Assembly: GCA_036520795.1 (NCBI GenBank)
Contig: DATDJA010000089.1
Span: forward strand, 1-34,154
Reading direction: 5' to 3'
Length of the DNA: 34,154 bases
Source: Candidatus Limnocylindrales bacterium
GTDB taxonomy: Bacteria; Chloroflexota; Limnocylindria; Limnocylindrales; CSP1-4
Shown piece after piece: positions 17,255 through 23,978 of this stretch. A program made the translations under genes and the position numbers. Each line of letters starts with the position of its first letter. The stretch's first letter is position 1. The notes beneath the pieces were generated by a model. It made no database searches and was not told the DNA's origin. It saw nothing but the letters and a program-made list of their open reading frames with translations.

Positions 17255-19060
17255 ATGGCGGGCCCGGGCGCGCAACGCGTCCAGCACGGAGACGATCGCC
17301 AACCGGGGGAACGCGGCGGCACCGCCGACCTGGCCCCCGGTCGCGACGACGCGGTCGACCTCGGCGCGATCGGGGCGGGCCCGCGCCGGCTGCCCGTGCA
17401 CGCCGCCTCATCGATGGTCGTCATGGCGCTCCAGCGCAGCGCGGGCAACGCCGCCGTGCAATCGCTGCTCGGGCCTCGCCCCTCGCTCCGCCTCCAGCGC
17501 GACGACGCGCCCGGGGCGACGCCCGTGGCCCCCGGAGCCTCGGGCGCCGGGGCCGCCGCGGCGCCGGCCCCACCCGCGAGGACCGCCCTCAACCCCGGCG
17601 ACTCGAGCGTCGAGGTGGGGGAGCTGCAGCAGGCGCTGAACGCGCTCGGCGCGGCGGTGCCGCCGCTGCGGATCACGGCGCTGTACGGCCCCGAGACCAC
17701 GGCCGCGGTGACCGCGTTCCAGGCGTCGCACCCGCCGCTCATCCCGGACGGCATCTGCGGCCTGCCGACGTGGGCGAAGGTGGACGAGCTCGCCCCGCGC
17801 GTCTCGCGCCAGGGACGCAGCGTCGTCGAAGGCCCGGCCGAGGGCGAGCCGCGGGGGACGCCGCTCGGGGGGACCATCCACCCGACGGTGCGCCGCACGT
17901 CGACCGGGCCGGCGGTCGAGGAGCTGCAGCAGAAGCTCAACACGATCCCGTCCGACCAGGTACCGACGCTGCTCGACGTTGACGGCAAGTTCGGTCGGAT
18001 CACCCGGCAGGCCGTGATCGAGTTCCAGCAGTCCCGAACGCCGCCGCTCGTCGCCGACGGCGTCGTGGGGCCGTTGACGTGGTCCGCGCTCGACGCGGTG
18101 GCAGGCCCGGTGACCGTCGGCCGCGAGTCGTTCGACTGGGAGCAGCGAGCCGAGGGCACGATCACCGGGGGCCCGTCGCGGTTCACGTGGCGCCTCCTCG
18201 ACGACAAGCTCCAGGTGACCGTGAACCTGCGCTTCACGGGGTCGCCCAGCCACCCGCGCGTCGCCCAGTGGCGTACCGACATCACGAGCGTGTGGAACAC
18301 GTTCCGGTTCGAGAACCCCGACGACCCCGGGCACCCGCTGGACCTCGAGTTCGTCGTCGGGACCGGGACGCCCGCCGACGCGTCCGTGGCGGTCGTCGTG
18401 ACCCCGGCCGGGACGACCCCCGGGCGCTCGGACTCGGCGAACTGGCACACGGGCGACACGGACCCGGGGCTCGCGCCGCACGAGTTCGGACACCTCATCG
18501 GGCTCCAGGACGAGTACAACCGGGCACCGGAGCAGTACGCGGCGGTGACCGGCGAGCAGGCGCCGATCGGCCGGGTCGATGCCCCCCTCGACGCGGCCGG
18601 CAACCCCGTGGCCCCCGAGGTCATTGCGGCGGAGATGCGCACGGCGGTCACGGGGGCGGCCGCCGGCCGCGGCGCGGCGGCGCGGGCGGTCGTCACGAAG
18701 TACAGCCTCCGCCAGGGCGCCTTCAGCCAGCGCATCGCCCTCGCCTACGAGACCGCGAACGCGGGCAGCATGCTGCGCGAGGACTTCGGTCCGGCCGGCT
18801 TCGTGATCGTCAACGACCCGGCCGGGACCATGGGCAACGACGTCGCGGCGCGGATTCCGGGCCAGTTCGACACCGCCGGCAACGAGGCGGTGGCGGTCGA
18901 GCCGTTCCTGTACAGCAACCGCGGCATCATGGGCACCATGGCCAGCCTGAACTCGCCGATCAGCGCACATGACCACCCCGTGGCCGAGCGGCACGTGCGC
19001 CACTTCCGGGACATCGTCCGGCGGAACCGGCCCGGCACGTGGCGGACGGTCCGGCGCTGA
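17255..19060 (+). CDS. Peptidoglycan-binding-domain / metzincin-like zinc metalloprotease fusion (CIS cargo candidate B)
   Basis: The N-terminal motif is MALQRSAGNAAVQSLLG. Two PG_binding_1-like domains are present (VEVGELQQALNALG...YGPETTAAVTAFQAS...DGICGLPTWAKV and PAVEELQQKLN...VDGKFGRITRQAVIEFQQS...DGVVGPLTWSAL). The zinc site is APHEFGHLIGLQDEY, with a candidate Met-turn at NRGIMG. The C-terminal ~290 aa are paralogous to protease A. Confidence 0.88.
   Translation: MAGPGAQRVQHGDDRQPGERGGTADLAPGRDDAVDLGAIGAGPRRLPVHAASSMVVMALQRSAGNAAVQSLLGPRPSLRLQRDDAPGATPVAPGASGAGAAAAPAPPARTALNPGDSSVEVGELQQALNALGAAVPPLRITALYGPETTAAVTAFQASHPPLIPDGICGLPTWAKVDELAPRVSRQGRSVVEGPAEGEPRGTPLGGTIHPTVRRTSTGPAVEELQQKLNTIPSDQVPTLLDVDGKFGRITRQAVIEFQQSRTPPLVADGVVGPLTWSALDAVAGPVTVGRESFDWEQRAEGTITGGPSRFTWRLLDDKLQVTVNLRFTGSPSHPRVAQWRTDITSVWNTFRFENPDDPGHPLDLEFVVGTGTPADASVAVVVTPAGTTPGRSDSANWHTGDTDPGLAPHEFGHLIGLQDEYNRAPEQYAAVTGEQAPIGRVDAPLDAAGNPVAPEVIAAEMRTAVTGAAAGRGAAARAVVTKYSLRQGAFSQRIALAYETANAGSMLREDFGPAGFVIVNDPAGTMGNDVAARIPGQFDTAGNEAVAVEPFLYSNRGIMGTMASLNSPISAHDHPVAERHVRHFRDIVRRNRPGTWRTVRR
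18476..18517. repeat. 42-nt segment, inverted near-copy of 15253..15294
   Basis: ccgcacgagttcggacacctcatcgggctccaggacgagtac matches the reverse complement of 15253..15294 at 39 of 42 positions. Confidence 0.9.
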
Positions 19061-19788
19061 TGGGCGAACCGAGCGAGGCGCTGGTCCGGTACCGGCGGAC
19101 CGGCGGGCGACCCCCGAGCGACGACGAGGCCCTCGACGTCGCGGACGACGGGTCGTTCACCGCGCGCCGGACGGTCGCCGGCGCGCGGGTCGGGACCTTC
19201 GCGGGCCGGCTGGCGTCCGGGCGCGTCGAGGCGCTCCGCGAGGCCGTCGACGCGGTTCGCGACGCGCATGACGTCCAGGTCGCGACGCCGCTCGACGGCG
19301 CGACCGAGGTGCTCGAGGCGGGCGGGCACACGACACGGACGGGCTCCAACGAACGCCCGACGGACCCGTGGAAGGCGCTCGTCGAGACCGTGCGTTCCAT
19401 GCTCGACGAGGACGCCGTCGCCGATCCGCTGGCGGCGATCGAGCTCACGGCGACGTCCCGCGAGGCCGCCCTCACTCAGGCCGGGCCGGCACCGGTCGAG
19501 ATCGACCTCGGGTCGGTGACGCTGCGCGTGGTCCGGATCGACACCGCAGGGCTCGTGCTCGGCCGGTGGCAGGCGCGGCTCCAGGACGCGGGCGACGAGG
19601 ACACCGCCGAGCCGCCCCCTGCGTGGACATCGGCCGCCGCCGGCTGGCGAGCGACCCTCCCGTTCTCGCACGGGCTCGAGCTCGCGGACGGCGACTGGCT
19701 CCAGGTGTGGGTCTTCGCGACGATCCGGGATGCCGCCGGCGACGGCGGCGAGCGCGCCGCCCGCCTGTTCGTCGCCGTTCCCGGATGA
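19060..19788 (+). CDS. Protease-associated partner protein B (candidate inhibitor/immunity or loading adaptor), paralog of 14096..14776
   Basis: ATG 19060 overlaps the protease TGA by 1 nt (TGATG). The product begins MGEPSEALVRYRRTGGRPPSDDEALDVADDGSFTARRTVAGARVGTFAGRLASGRVEALREAV. Shared blocks with partner A are LV..RR...PP...E.LDV..DGSF, VG.F.G.L, E.LE.GG and DPW..L...P.AAI.L. Confidence 0.75.
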   Translation: MGEPSEALVRYRRTGGRPPSDDEALDVADDGSFTARRTVAGARVGTFAGRLASGRVEALREAVDAVRDAHDVQVATPLDGATEVLEAGGHTTRTGSNERPTDPWKALVETVRSMLDEDAVADPLAAIELTATSREAALTQAGPAPVEIDLGSVTLRVVRIDTAGLVLGRWQARLQDAGDEDTAEPPPAWTSAAAGWRATLPFSHGLELADGDWLQVWVFATIRDAAGDGGERAARLFVAVPG

Positions 19789-19798
19789 GGGAGCGGCG

Positions 19799-20446
19799 CT
19801 AGATCAGGCCCTCGCGGATCGCGTACGCGACGGCGTGGGCGCGGTTGCGCAGCTCCAGCCGCGACGTCACGTCGTGGATGATGTTCTTCACGGTCCGCTC
19901 GGAGTAGAACAGGCGCGCCCCGACCTCGGCCGTGTCGTAGCCGTCGGCGAGCAGCCGGAGCACGGCCGCCTCGCGCTCGGTGAGGCCGGAGAACGTCAGC
20001 CCGCGCGGTGACAGGACCTGGCGCTGCAGTTGCCCGACCTGGCGCAACAGGCGGCCCAGGAGGTCCGGCGGCAGCGTGCCCTCGCCCGCCGCGGCCGACC
20101 GGATCGCGGCCGCCAGGTTGCCCGCGGTCGCCTCGCTCCGGCGGATGACGCCCGTCACGCCGGCCTCCGCGGCCGCGAGGAGCGAGCGATCGTCCACGCG
20201 CGACACGAGCAGCACGATCCGCCGCACGCCGCGGCCCCGCAGCGCGCGCATCTCCGCCAGCACCTCGGGCGCCACCTCCTCGGCGACGACCAGCGCCACG
20301 GAGTCCTCGGGCGTCGCGTCGTCGGCCACCACCACGAAGCCCTGCGCGCGCCGCAACTGGCTCGCGATGCCGGCCCTCGAGAGCGGATCGGACGCCCGGA
20401 CGGCGACCGGGATCGGGGCCTTGATGGGCATCAGTTCGGCGACCAT
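19799..20446 (-). CDS. LuxR/NarL-family response regulator with degenerate receiver domain
   Basis: The C-terminal HTH is LTEREAAVLRLLADGYDTAEVGARLFYSERTVKNIIHDVTSRLELRNRAHAVAYA. The receiver-like N-terminus lacks the acidic pair (VAVRASDP) and has VVAEEVAP where DxxMP is expected. The ATG at 20446 is preceded by GGGGAG with a 7-nt spacer. The track ORF start at 20548 is a TTG. Confidence 0.85.
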   Translation of the reverse strand: MVAELMPIKAPIPVAVRASDPLSRAGIASQLRRAQGFVVVADDATPEDSVALVVAEEVAPEVLAEMRALRGRGVRRIVLLVSRVDDRSLLAAAEAGVTGVIRRSEATAGNLAAAIRSAAAGEGTLPPDLLGRLLRQVGQLQRQVLSPRGLTFSGLTEREAAVLRLLADGYDTAEVGARLFYSERTVKNIIHDVTSRLELRNRAHAVAYAIREGLI

Positions 20447-20576
20447 TCGTGCACTCCCCATGGGTCCCCACCAACGGCAACCAGGGAAGGAGGCGGCAGC
20501 CGGAAGACCTCGGCGGACCCTACCGCGCGTGGGTGTCCGGCCAGTCAACGTGCACTTAACGGGCAGCCCGACATGC

Positions 20577-20599
20577 CCCGAAAGGACGCCCGAAAGGAC
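20577..20599. promoter_or_regulatory. Tandem 11-bp direct repeat CCCGAAAGGAC x2 (12-bp period) in a divergent promoter region
   Basis: Read directly: 20577..20587 and 20589..20599 are identical. The repeats lie between the LuxR-type gene and the envelope operon, in a locally A-rich stretch of a very GC-rich window. Confidence 0.45.
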
Positions 20600-20613
20600 T
20601 ATCGGGCCATGCG

Positions 20614-21909
20614 ATGGGGTCCTGTTCCGGCGGCGATTGCGCGGCTACACTCACGCCCGTGGGTGCATCCGTCACGCTGGTCACACCTGCCCTGGCCGTC
20701 GAGCCGGGACAGGAAACCACCGCCGAGGTGCGGGTCCGGAATACGGGCAGCGTGGTCGACGAGTTCTCGCTTGACGTGATCGGCGACTCCGCCGGCTGGG
20801 CGGTCGCGGAGCCCGCGGTCATCTCCCTGTTCCCCGGCGCCGAAGCCACCGCCAAGCTCGTCTTCCGGCCGCCGCGCGCCGCTTCGACGCCCGGCGGCCT
20901 CGTCCCGTACGGGATCCGGGCCCGCTCGAAGGAGGACCCGGCGGGGTCCGCGGTGGAAGAGGGCTCGATCAACGTCGGGACCTTCCTCGACCCCTTCGCC
21001 GAGCTCGCGCCGCGCACCTCGCGCGGCTCGCGCACCGGAACCCACGACCTCGCGATCGACAACCGCGGCAACGCGCGGCTGAACGCCGAGGTCGAGGGCA
21101 CCGACGCCGATCGGAACCTGAAGTTCGACATCAACCCGCCGGGTGTCGTGGTCGAGCCCGGCATGGCCGGCTTCGCGAAGGTGCGGGTCAGCCCGGTCAA
21201 GCGGTTCTGGCGCGGCCAGCCCAAGACTCGCCCATTCCAGCTGTTCGTGAAGCCCGAGGGCGGCGTCCCGATCACGATCGACGGCACGCTGCTCCAGGAG
21301 TCGGTGCTCCCGTCGTGGTTCCTCAAGGCCCTGCTGGCGCTGATCGTGCTGCTGATCGCCCTCGTGCTCATCTGGCTGCTGCTGCTCAAGCCGACGATCC
21401 AGACCGCGGCCAGCGACGCCGTGGCCTCGCCGCTCGCGAGCCTCAAGGCGGACGTCAACGACGCGCTTGCCGACGCCGGCCTGGCGACGATGGGCCCCGA
21501 GCCGAGCGCCGGCGACGGCGGACCCACGCCGCCCGCCCCGACGGCCCCCGCACCCAGCGACGGCAGCGGCGGTCCGCCGTCGCCGACGAGCACGCCGGGC
21601 GTCGTGATCCCCGGGCTCGGCAACCCCGTCGACGGGCGCCTCGACAAGGCCAATCCGAGCATGACCGCCGCCGGCACCCTGTTCGTGACGGACCTCGTGT
21701 TCTCCAACCCGAACGGGGCGACGGGCAGCGTCGACATCAAGCGCGACGACACGTCCCTGCTGCACCTGCGGCTCGAGAACTTCCGCGACTACGACCTCCA
21801 CTTCGTGACCCCGATCGTGATCGCGCCGGGGCAGTCGCTCGTCCTGAGCCCCGCCTGTGAGACCGCCTGCGATCCGGCCGTCTTCTACTCGGGGTACCTG
21901 CGGCCCTGA
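20614..21909 (+). CDS. Bitopic membrane protein: two N-terminal beta-sandwich-like domains, one TM helix, Pro-rich linker, C-terminal extracytoplasmic domain
   Basis: 431 aa. LAVEPGQETTAEVRVRNTGSVVDEFSLDVIGDSAGWAVAEP and HDLAIDNRGNARLNAEVEG...VVVEPGMAGFAKVRV are CARDB/NEW3-like strands. The TM helix is WFLKALLALIVLLIALVLIWLLLL. The in-frame GTG at 20659 is an alternative start. Confidence 0.8.
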   Translation: MGSCSGGDCAATLTPVGASVTLVTPALAVEPGQETTAEVRVRNTGSVVDEFSLDVIGDSAGWAVAEPAVISLFPGAEATAKLVFRPPRAASTPGGLVPYGIRARSKEDPAGSAVEEGSINVGTFLDPFAELAPRTSRGSRTGTHDLAIDNRGNARLNAEVEGTDADRNLKFDINPPGVVVEPGMAGFAKVRVSPVKRFWRGQPKTRPFQLFVKPEGGVPITIDGTLLQESVLPSWFLKALLALIVLLIALVLIWLLLLKPTIQTAASDAVASPLASLKADVNDALADAGLATMGPEPSAGDGGPTPPAPTAPAPSDGSGGPPSPTSTPGVVIPGLGNPVDGRLDKANPSMTAAGTLFVTDLVFSNPNGATGSVDIKRDDTSLLHLRLENFRDYDLHFVTPIVIAPGQSLVLSPACETACDPAVFYSGYLRP

Positions 21910-21914
21910 GGCCC

Positions 21915-23972
21915 ATGGCGCGCCGCGTTGCCGCCGTCGCGCTGCTGCTGGCGCTGGGATCGGCCGTGCCGGCCACGCCCGCGGTTCGTGCCGTCGCCGG
22001 CGTGCAGGCGCCGCCCGCGCCGCGACCGGTGGTCTCGGCGCCCGTGCCGACGCCGCCCGGACGCACGCTCCTGGCCTCGAAGAGTGCCGGGGGCGGTTTT
22101 CCGAACGCGCTGTCCTGGACGCCGTCGATCTCGGCCAACGGCCGCTATGTCGCCTACGCGTCGACCGCGACCAACATCGTGCGGTCCGGCCCCGGCGCGC
22201 CCGCCGCCGGCGTGTTCCTGCGGGACATGAGCAATGGGCGGACCATCCGGCTCCCGATCCCGGCCAGCCTCACCCGCGGCGGCCGGGCGACCGAGCCCTC
22301 GATCTCGGCCGACGGCTCCGTCGTCGCGTTCACCTACCAGGAGCCGGCGACGGACGACGGCTCGGTCGTGCTCGCCTGGGACCGGTCGACCGGGCGCTCC
22401 CAGGTGGTCTCGCGGACCAACGCGGGCGGGATCGTCCAGGGCAGCAGTCAGCCATCGGTGTCGGCGACCGGGCGCTTCGTCGCCTACACGTCCACGCGGC
22501 AGAACCTCGTCGGCGGGCCGGGCGGCGACCCGGACGTGTTCCGCTACGACCGGGATCGGCAACGGACCGTGGTCGTGTCGGTTGGGCAGGTCTCCCCGCT
22601 CGATCCGGGCCGCGACACTGCACCGTCGATCTCGGCCAACGGCAACGTCGTGGCGTTCCAGTCGGACGGTGGGGACCAGCTGATCCCCGCCAACACCGGG
22701 CCCGGCGACCAGGTCTTCGTGCGCGACATCGCGGCCGAGCGGACGAGGCAGGTCAGCGTCGCCCTCGACGGCCCACCGAATGGGCCATCGGTCACGCCAT
22801 CGATCTCGGCCGACGGCAACGTGATCGCCTTCACCTCGGCCGCGTCTGACCTCGCGTCGATCGACGACAACGTCGTGCCCGATGTGTTCGTGCGGGACAT
22901 GCGTGCGGGCGCGACCACGATGGTCTCGGTCACGCCCGACGGCCGCGCCCCGACCGCCCGCAGCGAGGGGCCGTCGATCTCGGCGGACGGCCGGATGGTC
23001 GCCTTCCAGTCCGAGGCCCTCGACATCATCGGCCTCGGCGCGAGCGTCGCGACCGCGCACCTGGCCGCCGCGGCGGCGAAGCGGACCGAGGTGTTCGAAC
23101 GGGACCTCGTCGCGAACGAGACGGTGCTCGTGTCGGTCGGCCGGAACGGCCGGCCGGGCGGCCTGGTGAGCGCGCAGCCCGTCGTCGGCGGGAACGGCCG
23201 GTTCGTCGCCTTCGCCTCGACATCGCCCCGCCTCGTGCCCCGGGACACCCTGGGCGTGACCGACGTGTTCCTGCGCGACATGCCGCCCGTGCCGCGCCTC
23301 AACCCGTCCTCGATCGACCTCGGCACGCTCGACGTCGGCATCGCGTCGGCGCCGGGGGCAGCGATCCTCGGCAACAGCGGCTGGGGCCCATTGAGCGTCG
23401 GTCGCGCCGCGGTCACCGGCCCGGAGCGGCTCGACTTCGACGTTGTCGCCGATGCCTGCGACGGCCGGGTGCTCCATCGCACGGAGAAATGCACGGTGAC
23501 CGTGACCTTCACCCCGAGGGGCGGCGGCCGGCGGGACGCGACGCTCGCGATCCCCGACGGGTACACAGGTTCGCCCCGGACCGCCCGCCTGCGCGGCTCC
23601 GGGGTCAGGGCGCCGGTCAACCGGCCGCGGTTCGAGATCAGCCCCGAGGTCGGGGCGCCGGGGCTGGTCGTGGTCGCGACCGGATCCGACTTCCCGCCCA
23701 ACAGCCTGGTCCGCCTGTCATGGAGCCGCGGGACGACACCGACGATGCCGGCCGTACGAGCCGGCGCGGACGGCCGGTTCACCGCGCAGGTGCTGGTGTT
23801 CCACAATGACCTGACGGGCCCGCGCGACCTGCGTGCGGACCCCGTCACACCGGGGGCGTTTCCCCGGGCGACGGCACGGCTCCTGGTGACACGCCCGTCG
23901 GTCACGCCGCCGGGATTCCTCATGATCCGCCGCTTCATCGACCTCCCGCTCGTGCTCCTGATGCGAGGCTGA
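21915..23972 (+). CDS. Secreted seven-repeat PD40/TolB-like beta-propeller protein with C-terminal Ig-like domains
   Basis: The signal peptide is MARRVAAVALLLALGSAVPATPA. Seven repeats fit S[IV]SA[DNT]G..VA[FY].S (SISANGRYVAYAS, SISADGSVVAFTY, SVSATGRFVAYTS, SISANGNVVAFQS, SISADGNVIAFTS, SISADGRMVAFQS, VVGGNGRFVAFAS), several followed by DVF.RD. Two beta-sandwich-like segments follow. Confidence 0.85.
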   Translation: MARRVAAVALLLALGSAVPATPAVRAVAGVQAPPAPRPVVSAPVPTPPGRTLLASKSAGGGFPNALSWTPSISANGRYVAYASTATNIVRSGPGAPAAGVFLRDMSNGRTIRLPIPASLTRGGRATEPSISADGSVVAFTYQEPATDDGSVVLAWDRSTGRSQVVSRTNAGGIVQGSSQPSVSATGRFVAYTSTRQNLVGGPGGDPDVFRYDRDRQRTVVVSVGQVSPLDPGRDTAPSISANGNVVAFQSDGGDQLIPANTGPGDQVFVRDIAAERTRQVSVALDGPPNGPSVTPSISADGNVIAFTSAASDLASIDDNVVPDVFVRDMRAGATTMVSVTPDGRAPTARSEGPSISADGRMVAFQSEALDIIGLGASVATAHLAAAAAKRTEVFERDLVANETVLVSVGRNGRPGGLVSAQPVVGGNGRFVAFASTSPRLVPRDTLGVTDVFLRDMPPVPRLNPSSIDLGTLDVGIASAPGAAILGNSGWGPLSVGRAAVTGPERLDFDVVADACDGRVLHRTEKCTVTVTFTPRGGGRRDATLAIPDGYTGSPRTARLRGSGVRAPVNRPRFEISPEVGAPGLVVVATGSDFPPNSLVRLSWSRGTTPTMPAVRAGADGRFTAQVLVFHNDLTGPRDLRADPVTPGAFPRATARLLVTRPSVTPPGFLMIRRFIDLPLVLLMRG

Positions 23973-23978
23973 CGCCGA

